Source: an uncultured Fidelibacterota bacterium
GTDB taxonomy: Bacteria > Fidelibacterota > Marinisomatia > Marinisomatales > UBA1611
Length of the DNA: 50,036 nt
Direction: 5' to 3'
Assembly: GCA_937893835.1 (NCBI GenBank)
Contig: CALCSS010000042.1
Span: 1 to 50,036, forward strand
Within the stretch, counting starts at the first letter, position 1. Each line of letters opens with the position of its first letter. Shown here in pieces: positions 37,600 to 47,335 of the stretch. The position numbers and the translations under genes were made by a program. A model generated the notes under the pieces. The model was not told the origin of the DNA. It saw only the letters and a list, made by a program, of their open reading frames with translations, and did no database searches.

Positions 37600-38446
37600 A
37601 CCAGTGATTAGTTTGGCCAACCTATTAAGAAAAAGATCCTCTCGCATCGCTCTGTCGTTTATAATTTTATTGATCGTCTCATCTGCGGTGGTACCTTTTC
37701 TTTCTCCATACGAAGAGGATCTTTCGGGAGCAGTTCATTTCGATATTGGGGGCCAGCCCCCTTCTTTGCGGCACTGGTTTGGAACTGATACTGCGGGGCG
37801 CGACCTATTCACATTGACGATTCATGCGGGACTATCTTCGCTGAAGGTGGCCTTTGGTGTTGTCTTTTTATCAATTTTCATCGGTGCCCCCATCGGTATG
37901 TTTTCAGGAATTTCAAGTAAGAGAACCGATGAGGTCTTTATGCGTATAACAGATGGCTTTCTTGCTTTTCCACCATTGATATTGCCGCTTGTGATAACAT
38001 CGGCACTGGGTCCATCATTAAACAATGTCATCATTGGAATATCAATTTCTTGGTTTCCTTGGTATGTTCGAATTGTTCGTTCACAGACACTGATAATATC
38101 CTCAATGGGCTACGTTTCAATGTCCAAGAGTATGGGAGCGGGGAAATTACATATTATGAAAAAACATATTCTTCCCAACAGCATTGGTCCTGTTCTTGTT
38201 CAGGGGACGATAGACGCCGGTTATGCGATCCTTACTGCCGCAGGGCTTTCATTCATAGGTCTTGGCGCGCAACACCCAGAGACAGAGTGGGGCCTACTTC
38301 TCACCCAATCACGTGCGCAGTTCATAAATCATTGGTGGGAGGTGTTCTTCCCTGGCTTGTTTATTGTCCTTACGGTCATTTCGTTCAATGTTCTTGGCGA
38401 TGATCTAAGAGGCTCTATTAATTCCAAGGGGCATAAAAAACAATGA
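37589..38446 (+). CDS. Peptide ABC transporter permease (DppC/OppC-like)
   Basis: HWFGTDTAGRD, KHILPN, LSFIGLG, EWG, FNVLGDDLR. Confidence 0.92.
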   Translation: MEDRPVISLANLLRKRSSRIALSFIILLIVSSAVVPFLSPYEEDLSGAVHFDIGGQPPSLRHWFGTDTAGRDLFTLTIHAGLSSLKVAFGVVFLSIFIGAPIGMFSGISSKRTDEVFMRITDGFLAFPPLILPLVITSALGPSLNNVIIGISISWFPWYVRIVRSQTLIISSMGYVSMSKSMGAGKLHIMKKHILPNSIGPVLVQGTIDAGYAILTAAGLSFIGLGAQHPETEWGLLLTQSRAQFINHWWEVFFPGLFIVLTVISFNVLGDDLRGSINSKGHKKQ

Positions 38447-40020
38447 GAGAGGTACTCTTGAAGATCTCTGATCTCAGCGTAACCAGCAACAAAGAGAACG
38501 AGACAACAACCATTCTAAACAACATTGACCTTACGATCCACAAAAACGAGACGGTTGGTCTAATAGGAGAGACCGGTTGTGGCAAGAGCATGTTGGGGTG
38601 GGCGCTTATGGATCTTTTACCAGACGGGTGTGTTTTATCAGGTGGAAACATAACATATGACACCACGCCCATATATGAGATGACCAGCCTAAGAGGCTCA
38701 AGGGTCACAATGATATTTCAAGAACCAATGCAGTCACTAAACCCAACACAGACCATTGGAAAACAAATGACAACCATAGTGGAGAAAAGAGGTCTCAATA
38801 TAGAGACATCGACAAAAGCATATGTAAAAAAATGGTTAGCAAGGGTTCAACTAGATTCTGTTTTCGATATAGGCTCCCGATATCCACATCAACTTTCAGG
38901 GGGGCAAATGCAAAGAGTGATGATAGCTCTGGCAATGTCCATGAGGCCAAAGTTTATCATAGCGGACGAGATAACAACGGGTCTGGATGCAAATATTAAA
39001 CTAGAGATGATGGACCTTTTGTTTTCACTACAAGACGAGTTGGGTGTCGCGGTACTGCTTATCTCACACGACCTTGCTACCATTAGGCGTTATTGTGATC
39101 GCGTGGCCGTTATGAGGTCTGGGGAGGTTCTTGTGGAAGGCAGAACGGACGAGGTCTTTCTCCATCAAAAAGACAAATATATAAGGACATTTATAGATGG
39201 CCAAGAAAGATCAAACAGAAAAATCAAAACGGATAACACAGAGGACCGTGATCATGCGATACTATCCATAAGAGGACTTCATAAATCATATGGAGACAAT
39301 AAAAGCAGACAGTCCGTGGTTAATAATGTATCAATGAACCTATATCGCGGTAAGACCTTGGGTCTCATAGGTGAGTCGGGTAGCGGGAAGAGCACAATTG
39401 CAAGAATGATACTGAACATATTGGAACGCGATTCGGGTAAGATGAAATTATCAATAGACGGGAGCACTACGAAAAACCTGACCTCTCCAAACAAGAAGAT
39501 CGGAGCGGTCTTGCAAGACAGTACGGGGTCGTTGAACCCTAAAATGAATATACAAAATATTCTATCAGAGCCGTTGGAGTTGGTTGGTGTTTCTAATGAA
39601 CGTAAAATAAGGTCTAAGATAAATAAAATGATCAAGAGTGTAGGGCTAAACGAAGATCTCTTAACTCGTTACCCATATTCACTTTCTGGAGGACAAAGAC
39701 AGAGAGTGTCCCTAGCCAGGGCGATGATGATCGACCCTAGAATCATTGTTTTGGACGAACCAACGTCGGCCCTGGATGTCAAGGTTCAGAAAAACATATT
39801 GGAGTTACTCAAATCACTACAAAAGCAGAAAAATTTATCATATCTTTTCATATCCCATGACCTGCCGGTTATATCAGAAATAGCAGATGATGTCGCAGTG
39901 TTGTATGGCGGGGAGATAGTTGAAGTTGGGACGGTCGAGAAGATTTTGAATAACCCAGAACAAGACTATACAAAAAAATTAATAAAGGCCTCCACATGGA
40001 CAGGCCCCCTCAATGCATAA
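38443..40020 (+). CDS. Peptide ABC transporter ATP-binding protein (fused DppD/DppF)
   Basis: Two nucleotide-binding domains: GETGCGKS/LSGGQMQR/ADEITT and GESGSGKS/LSGGQRQR/LDEPTS. Confidence 0.93.
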   Translation: MREVLLKISDLSVTSNKENETTTILNNIDLTIHKNETVGLIGETGCGKSMLGWALMDLLPDGCVLSGGNITYDTTPIYEMTSLRGSRVTMIFQEPMQSLNPTQTIGKQMTTIVEKRGLNIETSTKAYVKKWLARVQLDSVFDIGSRYPHQLSGGQMQRVMIALAMSMRPKFIIADEITTGLDANIKLEMMDLLFSLQDELGVAVLLISHDLATIRRYCDRVAVMRSGEVLVEGRTDEVFLHQKDKYIRTFIDGQERSNRKIKTDNTEDRDHAILSIRGLHKSYGDNKSRQSVVNNVSMNLYRGKTLGLIGESGSGKSTIARMILNILERDSGKMKLSIDGSTTKNLTSPNKKIGAVLQDSTGSLNPKMNIQNILSEPLELVGVSNERKIRSKINKMIKSVGLNEDLLTRYPYSLSGGQRQRVSLARAMMIDPRIIVLDEPTSALDVKVQKNILELLKSLQKQKNLSYLFISHDLPVISEIADDVAVLYGGEIVEVGTVEKILNNPEQDYTKKLIKASTWTGPLNA

Positions 40021-40855
40021 AGAAGAGAGTTTTATGAAAGAACAAATGACAGTTGCCTCGATCCAAATGTTTTCCCAGGGGGACAAAGAGAAGAACCTAA
40101 ACACCATAGAAAAACACCTTACTCACATAAATAAAACATTTTCAGATATCAAAATGGTGGTTTTTCCCGAGCTTGCGGCTCACGGTATAGTTACCGATGT
40201 GTCAAGCGAAGCAGAGGGGATACCGGGTGAACTGACCACCATTTTTTCCAAGATGGCAAAAAAATATGGTCTGTGGTTGATTCCGGGAAGCATCTATGAA
40301 CTATCAAGGGGGGAGGTATTTAACACTACCCCCGTGTTTTCACCCAAAGGCGAACTGGTTGGAAAATATCGCAAGAGATACCCCTGGTGTCCGTATGAAA
40401 AAACAACACCCGGCAAAGATCCCTTTGTGTTTCACATTGAAGGATTTGGGTCCGTTGGGGTCATGATTTGCTACGATATGTGGTTTCCAGAGGTTGCCAG
40501 AGACCTGGTTGGTCAAGGGGCAGAACTTATTATTGTTCCGACCATGACAACAACGGGAGACAGAACACAAGAGAAGGTCTTGGCAAGGTCGACCGCAATA
40601 ACGCAACAGTGTTATGTGGTCTCATGTAACGGTGTAGGCCTTGGTCGCGTAGGGGGGTCACTGATCGTTGACCCTGAGGGAGTCGTTTTACAAGAAAGTG
40701 GTGAGGGTCCATATATGCAAACCGCTGTCATTGATTTTAACAGAATACGTCTTATTAGGGAAATGGGAACCGCAGGGGTTACTACGCCCATAAAGGATTT
40801 TAAACAAAACAAACAAATCTTCTCAATATATAATGAACGAGAAGGCAAAGAATAG
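40013..40855 (+). CDS. Carbon-nitrogen hydrolase (nitrilase superfamily)
   Basis: E-K-C triad in VFPEL, YRKRYP and ICYD. Confidence 0.9.
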   Translation: MHKEESFMKEQMTVASIQMFSQGDKEKNLNTIEKHLTHINKTFSDIKMVVFPELAAHGIVTDVSSEAEGIPGELTTIFSKMAKKYGLWLIPGSIYELSRGEVFNTTPVFSPKGELVGKYRKRYPWCPYEKTTPGKDPFVFHIEGFGSVGVMICYDMWFPEVARDLVGQGAELIIVPTMTTTGDRTQEKVLARSTAITQQCYVVSCNGVGLGRVGGSLIVDPEGVVLQESGEGPYMQTAVIDFNRIRLIREMGTAGVTTPIKDFKQNKQIFSIYNEREGKE

Positions 40856-40863
40856 GATTTACC

Positions 40864-41931
40864 ATGTCTGATCTCAAAGAATATTATGACCTGACCGCAT
40901 CCAACCCCGCACTAAGGGGTTTGGTTTTGGTCTTTGCATCCATCATTACAGCAAAACTAGTAGACATGATGTTTACATTTATATTTAAACGCATGGTCAA
41001 AACCACAAAGACAACCCTGGACGATCGTATCCTTCAGCTACTTCACAAGCCCATATTTTACTCCATCCTTTTTATTGGATTTGTCCTATCAATAAAAACC
41101 GTAGCGCTTCCGGACCACATTGAATTTGCCCTGACCGGCACCCTTAAGACCATCACGATCATCATATGGTTATTTGTTATTTCAAAGATATTGGTGATGT
41201 CCATGGATTGGGCGTCAAGACAAACCGCATCAAACAAGATATTGCAAAAGAACACACTACCGCTATTCAACAATTTAGGTAAGATAGCAATTGGTATCTT
41301 TGGCACCTATCTCATATTTCTTAGTTGGAACATCAATATAAATGGTATTCTGGCCTCCGCCGGTGTTTTGGGTGTCGTTTTGGGTCTGGCGGCAAAAGAT
41401 ACGGTGTCTAATTTTTTTGCGGGAATATTTCTTATGGCCGATGCACCCTTCAAAGAGGGTGACTACATTCTTTTAGACACGGGTGAAAGGGGCTATGTCA
41501 AAAAGATGGGACTAAGGTCTACTAGGTTCATGACCCGGGACGACATTGAGATCACCATACCAAATTCAGTGATAGCCGCATCAAAAATAGTAAACGAGAG
41601 TGGGGGGCCGGGCGAGATTGAAAGAGTGCGCATCACCCTTATGGTTGCCTATGACTCTGACCTGGACGATGTAAGGAGTCTGTTGATAGATATTGCAAAG
41701 AAAGAAAACAACGTAATGACAGAGCCTGAGCCAAGGGTCCGGTTTAGAGAGTTTGCAGACCACGGATTAAAACTTCAGCTCCTTTTTTGGATTCACAACC
41801 CAGAGATTCGAGGAAGAACCATTGACGCTGTGAACACAGAAGTATATAAACAAATATCTAAAAGCAAGATCTCGATACCATATCCAACAATGAACGTCCA
41901 CCTATCAAGCGGAACAAATAACGACGAGTGA
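40864..41931 (+). CDS. mscS: Small-conductance mechanosensitive channel (MscS family)
   Basis: GLAAKDTVSNFFAG, PFKEGDYI, GLRST, IPNS, VAYDSD, IPYP. Confidence 0.9.
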   Translation: MSDLKEYYDLTASNPALRGLVLVFASIITAKLVDMMFTFIFKRMVKTTKTTLDDRILQLLHKPIFYSILFIGFVLSIKTVALPDHIEFALTGTLKTITIIIWLFVISKILVMSMDWASRQTASNKILQKNTLPLFNNLGKIAIGIFGTYLIFLSWNININGILASAGVLGVVLGLAAKDTVSNFFAGIFLMADAPFKEGDYILLDTGERGYVKKMGLRSTRFMTRDDIEITIPNSVIAASKIVNESGGPGEIERVRITLMVAYDSDLDDVRSLLIDIAKKENNVMTEPEPRVRFREFADHGLKLQLLFWIHNPEIRGRTIDAVNTEVYKQISKSKISIPYPTMNVHLSSGTNNDE

Positions 41932-43400
41932 CCTTAAAGCTAGTTGTTCTAGTTGTCTATTTTAGCATTCTTCTTGGCATAGGCTACTTCGCCTCAAAGA
42001 AGGTGTCTAACCTTACTGACTATTATGTTGGTGGGAAGAAACTTGGGTACTGGATAGCCGCACTATCAGCAAGAGCAACAGGAGAGTCTGGTTGGCTCTT
42101 GATCGGGGTCACGGGCATGGGTGCGGTCATGGGTGTCAGCGCACTATGGATCGTTGTGGGAGAGGTTCTGGGTGTTTGGGTGTCATGGCAGTTCATGGCT
42201 GTAAAGTTCAAGAGGCTTACCGACCGATACGATTCCATCACGATCTCTGATTTTCTCGTAAGTCACTTTCAATCTACGACACACCTAATGAGGATTGTTT
42301 CTGCAACGGCGCTCTCCTTGTTTGTCGTGATATATGTCAGTGCCCAGATCGACATAACAGGAAAGACCTTTGAGTCCTTTCTTGGTCTGAATTATTATAC
42401 AGGCATTGGTCTAGGATTTGGCATAGTTGTTTTGTATATATTTTTAGGAGGCTTTTTAGCGGTCGCATGGTCAGATCTGTTTCAAGGATCATTGATGTTT
42501 GTGGGGCTTATAGTATTACCTATTGCAACCTATTTAAGTCTTTCAGACCATGCTTCGATCATTGAAAATTTAAAAGACATAGACCCCTCTCTGTTAAGTT
42601 TTTGGGGGAGCGGTGGAGCTACACTGATGAACCTTATGGCAATCATTGGACTCATTTCAATAGGAATTGGGTTTATGGGGTCCCCCCAGGTTTATGTCAG
42701 ATTCATTGCCATAAAAAATGATTCAGAGATCAAAAAAGGAAAATGGGTAGCAATAGCATATACCCTATTGACAGATACTGCAGCGGTTATGATCGGCATT
42801 TTGGGTAGGGTTGTTCTTACAAAGGCGGGAGATTCCCCCGAATTGATCCTGGGAAACATGGGTGAGGATGTCTTGGCCCTGGTTTTGGCCCAGGTCATGC
42901 CCCCAGTAATTATAGGGATATATATCACAGCTGTTCTATCTGCTGTTATGTCAACAGTTGACTCATTGCTTGTTGTTGCATCAAGTGCGGTAACTAGAGA
43001 TTTTTACCAACAGATATTCAATCCAAAAATAGACGAACGATTGCTGGTGTCCTTATCAAAAAAGGTAACACTTCTTTTGGCAGTTCTTGCGCTAGGCGTT
43101 GCCTTAATTGTTTCGTTATTGTCTCCAACAAGGACGGTGTTTTGGTTTGTGATATTTGGATGGTCTGGAATAGCCGCAACCTTTTGTCCCGTTATCATCC
43201 TGTCCCTTTTTTATGAAAAATTTTCAGAAAAGGGAGCAATTACATCGATGGTCACAGGTTTCCTCTGTGTGCCTTTTTTCAAATTTATTGTGCCAAGGCT
43301 TGATGGCATTGGTCCATATATTGACAAACTTGATGTGATGTTTCCATCTGTTGCCCTTGCCATGTTTTGCGGTTGGTTGGTAAGTGCCTACTTGGAATAG
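41928..43400 (+). CDS. putP: Sodium/proline (solute:sodium) symporter
   Basis: DYYVGGKKLG, ALSARATGESGWLLIG, GGFLAVAWSDLFQG, GSPQVYVRF, SAVMSTVDSLL. Confidence 0.85.
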   Translation: MTLKLVVLVVYFSILLGIGYFASKKVSNLTDYYVGGKKLGYWIAALSARATGESGWLLIGVTGMGAVMGVSALWIVVGEVLGVWVSWQFMAVKFKRLTDRYDSITISDFLVSHFQSTTHLMRIVSATALSLFVVIYVSAQIDITGKTFESFLGLNYYTGIGLGFGIVVLYIFLGGFLAVAWSDLFQGSLMFVGLIVLPIATYLSLSDHASIIENLKDIDPSLLSFWGSGGATLMNLMAIIGLISIGIGFMGSPQVYVRFIAIKNDSEIKKGKWVAIAYTLLTDTAAVMIGILGRVVLTKAGDSPELILGNMGEDVLALVLAQVMPPVIIGIYITAVLSAVMSTVDSLLVVASSAVTRDFYQQIFNPKIDERLLVSLSKKVTLLLAVLALGVALIVSLLSPTRTVFWFVIFGWSGIAATFCPVIILSLFYEKFSEKGAITSMVTGFLCVPFFKFIVPRLDGIGPYIDKLDVMFPSVALAMFCGWLVSAYLE

Positions 43401-43517
43401 GGCACATCATAAAAAAAGCCCCCGGTTTCACTGGTCTTTATTTTCTTGAAGAAAACCTATCTATTGTTTATACTCATATTAACCGAAGTCTTTGAATAAT
43501 AACGCCTTGAGGTAAAT

Positions 43518-44711
43518 ATGAAGAAAACAAATTTAAAAACCCCGTTAACAATCATAATTTATTTTTCTTTTGTAGTGATCTCTTTTGCTCAGCGGCTTGA
43601 CCCACAACAAACCCCCTACGAAGAATTACGATCCATTGTTGAAACGGCATCACGTTCTCAGCAAAAAGTTTGGGTAGAGGACTTTACAGGCCTCAACTGA
43701 CCATACTGTCCATCTGCGAGTTTCGCACTAGACACGCTTTTAAGAGAGTTTCCAAACACACTATTCACTACAGAGATACACAGCCCAAGCTATACCCCAG
43801 ACGATAGTGACTTCGACATTCCATCTGCCTGGGAAACCAGAACAGAACTCTACAGCGTTGGTGGAATTCCCCACACCGAGTGGAATGGTCTCCTTTCTCA
43901 GGTCGGAGGATCTAGTGGTGGAAACTGGGAATCTATTTACCCCGGCTATTCTGAACTAGTTCAGACCATGGCCATTAATGAATCTCCCTGGTCTATTGGT
44001 ATTTCTGGTGGCTATGAACCTGGTCAAGATGTCAATTTTGACATAGAGATATTGATCGATGACATAGACTCAACGGTAAACACCTCAGACCTATACCTGG
44101 AAGTGTTTGTTGTGGAGGACAGTATCTACTCTTACTGGGGATCGGTAGACCAGTGGCACAACGCGCGCTACGTACTACGGACATACCTTACGAAATCTGA
44201 AAGCAATAAATATCCAATAAGTATTAGCAATGCCAATGAGTCGGAACTCTTTACTGGTACCTTTTCTCCTTCTGATGCCTGGGTAAGCGACAATCTTAGT
44301 ATCATTGCATTTATACAGAGGTTAGACGGGTGTTGTGAAGAACCTGTATATCAGGTCAACAGATCAAGAATAACCGACCTGCACCCCGACCCAGATGGTG
44401 ATGGTCTAACATACCTATATGACAACTGTACCTATGACTACAACCCCGACCAAGAAGACTCTGATGGAGACGGACTTGGAAATGTTTGCGACGGGTGTAA
44501 TGGATTGGTAAACATTGTGGGTAATATCAACCTAGACGCTGAAGGAGACGATTTTACACCGATCATTGGCGTTGAAGATGTTCTCGCCTTTTCGGATCTA
44601 CTAGAAAACAATGACCTGATCAATGACTGTCACTCTATTGATATGCTCGAGGATGGTGAAATCAATCAGTGGGACCTAATTGTTTTAGTTGATCTGGTCA
44701 TGGCAGACTAA
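43518..44711 (+). CDS. Secreted selenoprotein: thioredoxin-fold (Omp28-like) domain with UxxC, TSP type-3 repeats and dockerin-like tail (397 aa, Sec61)
   Basis: ORFs 43518..43700 and 43968..44711 share a frame, and 43701-43967 has no stop. Read-through gives WVEDFTGLN-U-PYCPSAS...EIH...YSVGGIPHTEWNG. GAGG ribosome-binding site and signal peptide at the 5' end. Confidence 0.85.
43701..43734 (+). promoter_or_regulatory. Putative bacterial SECIS hairpin
   Basis: TGTC-catc-TGCGA-gtt-TCGCA-cta-GACA (43707-43734) starts just 3' of the UGA at 43698-43700, with an apical-loop G 20 nt downstream. Confidence 0.65.
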
Positions 44712-44736
44712 GACCTGGAAGAGGCTGCCTAGAAGG

Positions 44737-45516
44737 CTAGCCCTTTATACCATCTAGATTGTTTCTAGATGCATGATAGTTCCACCCCCTAAGGGTAAGC
44801 TGTAGGTTGGTGTGTGGAGACTCTTCTGTTTCATCTTTTCCTGAATATAGTTGAATCAAAACGGTTTTTCTTGGTTTCTCTGATCTATTTGCATTGGAGC
44901 CGTGTATTGTGCAACAGTGAAAGAAAAGTACGTCACCCCTTTTTGCATTTATTGCAGTGGCAGAGTCCAGACTGTGTTTTCCATGAATTTTCTCTAATGA
45001 TGAATGACCATCGGATCCTTGTATCTTACCCGTTTTGTGTGACCCCTTGACAACTCTAATTCTTCCCATCCCCACACCCGCATCAGATAGATGAACAACC
45101 GCAGCTATCATAGAATTATTCTTGGTAGGAAAGTATGACCAGTCTTGGTGTAGTGGAAATGCAGAACCCCTCAGCGGAGGTTTTAAAAAGAGCTTTGTAT
45201 GGTGTAAGACAATGTTGTTTCCAATGATCGATTCTGTGGTATCTAGCAGTTGTTTGTCTTGCACCATCTTTAACATTTCATAGGAGTAGCTCTGTACATT
45301 GTGAGTGTGTAACACCGTAGAGTTTGGGTCTTCAATACCAGCCGTTAGATTACTGCCCCAACGGGCGTTTATGTCTTCACCACTATTTTTAATTTGATCA
45401 ATGATCCTGTCAAATTCTTTTTCTAAAAGTAGAATCCTTTTTTCATCAAACAATCCTCTTGCAACGTAGTATCCATTGTTGTTAAAACTGGGTTGAGGGT
45501 CTTGGCTCATACTCAC
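44737..45516 (-). CDS. Phytanoyl-CoA dioxygenase (PhyH) family Fe(II)/2-oxoglutarate oxygenase
   Basis: F.NNGY, KLFLKPP, PLHQD, GSHK, GDVLFFH...IHGS.ANRS..PR. Confidence 0.88.
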   Translation of the reverse strand: MSMSQDPQPSFNNNGYYVARGLFDEKRILLLEKEFDRIIDQIKNSGEDINARWGSNLTAGIEDPNSTVLHTHNVQSYSYEMLKMVQDKQLLDTTESIIGNNIVLHHTKLFLKPPLRGSAFPLHQDWSYFPTKNNSMIAAVVHLSDAGVGMGRIRVVKGSHKTGKIQGSDGHSSLEKIHGKHSLDSATAINAKRGDVLFFHCCTIHGSNANRSEKPRKTVLIQLYSGKDETEESPHTNLQLTLRGWNYHASRNNLDGIKG

Positions 45517-46298
45517 TCCCTATATATAATAGGTGTTATGGATGGGTCTTTTAGTTGGTCAAGGTAGTGTTCGTTGTCGCCCTTGATGACAATTCTTTCT
45601 GCGCTATCTGTACAAAAGTGAACCACCATGCCAACACGTGGTTTTTTGTCGAGATTGGCCTGAGATGAGTGATAGGTCAGAGATGAGTGTATACTAACTT
45701 CGCCTATTTTTAGGTTACCACTGACGATCTCTGCCCCCCCATGATGTTTTTCTAAGATCTTATCTTGACCGACAAGGTCCTTGTCAAAAAAATCAAGACC
45801 CTCCAACGCGCCCCAGTGATTAGACCCTGGAACAAACCTAACGGGGCCAGAGCTCAAAGACACATTAGACAAGGCTATCCAAGCGGTGAACAGGCCATCT
45901 TCTCCCCAAAATGGCCAATACTGTGCGTCCCTGTGCCATCCTGCATTACCACTGTTTCCTATGCTTTGAGGTTTCCAAACCACCTGAGAGTGCCACACCT
46001 GTATCTTTTTTGCGCGCGTTGCCTCAGCAAGAGCCCTGCCAAAATTATTATTTGTAACAAGACTCCACACCGCATCATTGCATAGGTGAGGTTTGTCTAT
46101 TTTTATGATTTTTCTTGGGTCGTCTCCAGTCTCCCAAAATCTTCTTTCTGGTTGTCTACCGGTAGCGTATTCACCATTTATAATATTCCACAGACCACTA
46201 CGCGCGGACTCTGAATCCTCTTTTGAAAAAATAGTTGGAAGAAAACAAAAACCATCATTGTCCAGATCATAGTTTTTCTCAGGGCCTGACATGCGCAT
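45513..46298 (-). CDS. Phytanoyl-CoA dioxygenase (PhyH) family Fe(II)/2-oxoglutarate oxygenase
   Basis: WKP, GWHRDAQYW, TAWIAL, FVPGSNHW, HSSLTYHSSQAN...PR. Confidence 0.88.
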   Translation of the reverse strand: MRMSGPEKNYDLDNDGFCFLPTIFSKEDSESARSGLWNIINGEYATGRQPERRFWETGDDPRKIIKIDKPHLCNDAVWSLVTNNNFGRALAEATRAKKIQVWHSQVVWKPQSIGNSGNAGWHRDAQYWPFWGEDGLFTAWIALSNVSLSSGPVRFVPGSNHWGALEGLDFFDKDLVGQDKILEKHHGGAEIVSGNLKIGEVSIHSSLTYHSSQANLDKKPRVGMVVHFCTDSAERIVIKGDNEHYLDQLKDPSITPIIYRE

Positions 46299-46302
46299 GT
46301 CT

Positions 46303-47277
46303 CTATTGAAGGTTTTGTGGTTTATACAAGGACATTACCCAGGAGCTATCCTCTTCACTCATTAGGTTGCCAAGCGAAGCTGCAACTTCAACCTGCCTGG
46401 TGTTTCTCTGGCCAAGAAGCACACAACCAGATGACACACCATTAAAAAGAGCATCAACGATTCCATGCATCGTAGGGTTACTGTGGTTTGCAAACCTTTG
46501 GTCCAAGAGAGCTTTGTTTTGTTTCATTTTATGAACTATTGTTTGGCTTGCAAAATCCTTTATCCCGGATCTGTGGTCTCCACTTTCAAAACTTGTTGGT
46601 TTATCATACTTACCCGTTAGAAGACCATGTTTTAGTGGAGAGAAAAAGCAAACTCCTATATTGTTTATGTTAACATATGACGAAAGACCCGACTCAATAT
46701 AGTTGTCATCCATTACGTTTCTGTATGGTTGTATAACATCAGGGTCACACCTTTCAATATATTTTAAAATGTTATCACTAGACCAATCTGATAGACCAAT
46801 GAACCTTGTCTTTCCTTGATCTTTGAATTTTCTAATAACCTCTAACGCACCATCAAAATACTCCCCATTTTTACCAAAGTTACAATGATGGAGATAGACA
46901 AGGTCCACGCAGTCTGTTTTTAGGTTATTCAATGAGCGATCCAAATTATGTAACATATGTTTCGGGTCATACCAGTGAGAGTGTGGCCCCCTATCCCAAC
47001 CAACCTTTGTTGCTAAAAAAATATCTTTTCTTGGGACCTTGTCCCACATGTTCCCTATTATGGTCTCCGACCTTCCCTCACCATAAACATCTGCTGTATC
47101 CCAGTGGTTAATGCCGTGTTGCCACGCGCTTAGTAAGGCCTTTCTTGAGTCTTCGTCACTCTGACCAGCCCAACCCACTGAAAACTTGCCAACCGTGTTT
47201 GCGCCACCATAGGCCCATGTTCCAAGGCTTATGGCAGACACCTTAACATTAGTGCGACCCAAAACTACTTTTCTCAT
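46303..47277 (-). CDS. Aldo/keto reductase
   Basis: LGRTNVKVSAISLGTW, WDTADVYGEGRSE, LATKVG, SLNNLKTDCVDLVYLH, SPLKHGLLTGKY. Confidence 0.92.
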   Translation of the reverse strand: MRKVVLGRTNVKVSAISLGTWAYGGANTVGKFSVGWAGQSDEDSRKALLSAWQHGINHWDTADVYGEGRSETIIGNMWDKVPRKDIFLATKVGWDRGPHSHWYDPKHMLHNLDRSLNNLKTDCVDLVYLHHCNFGKNGEYFDGALEVIRKFKDQGKTRFIGLSDWSSDNILKYIERCDPDVIQPYRNVMDDNYIESGLSSYVNINNIGVCFFSPLKHGLLTGKYDKPTSFESGDHRSGIKDFASQTIVHKMKQNKALLDQRFANHSNPTMHGIVDALFNGVSSGCVLLGQRNTRQVEVAASLGNLMSEEDSSWVMSLYKPQNLQ

Positions 47278-47335
47278 TAAGTTCCTTATAATTGGATTAT
47301 AAAGTTAAAAAAAGGGACTAACTTTCCCCAACACT

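Noticed and set aside
43409-43446. Possible terminator after putP
   Set aside because: The stem is short and imperfect (CCGG/CTGG), so it is too weak to call.
43698-43700. UGA as evidence of genetic-code reassignment or a pseudogene
   Set aside because: TGA ends ordinary genes here (apaG, GH20, AGPS) and Trp is encoded by TGG. The position in a CxxC-equivalent motif plus the hairpin favours selenocysteine.
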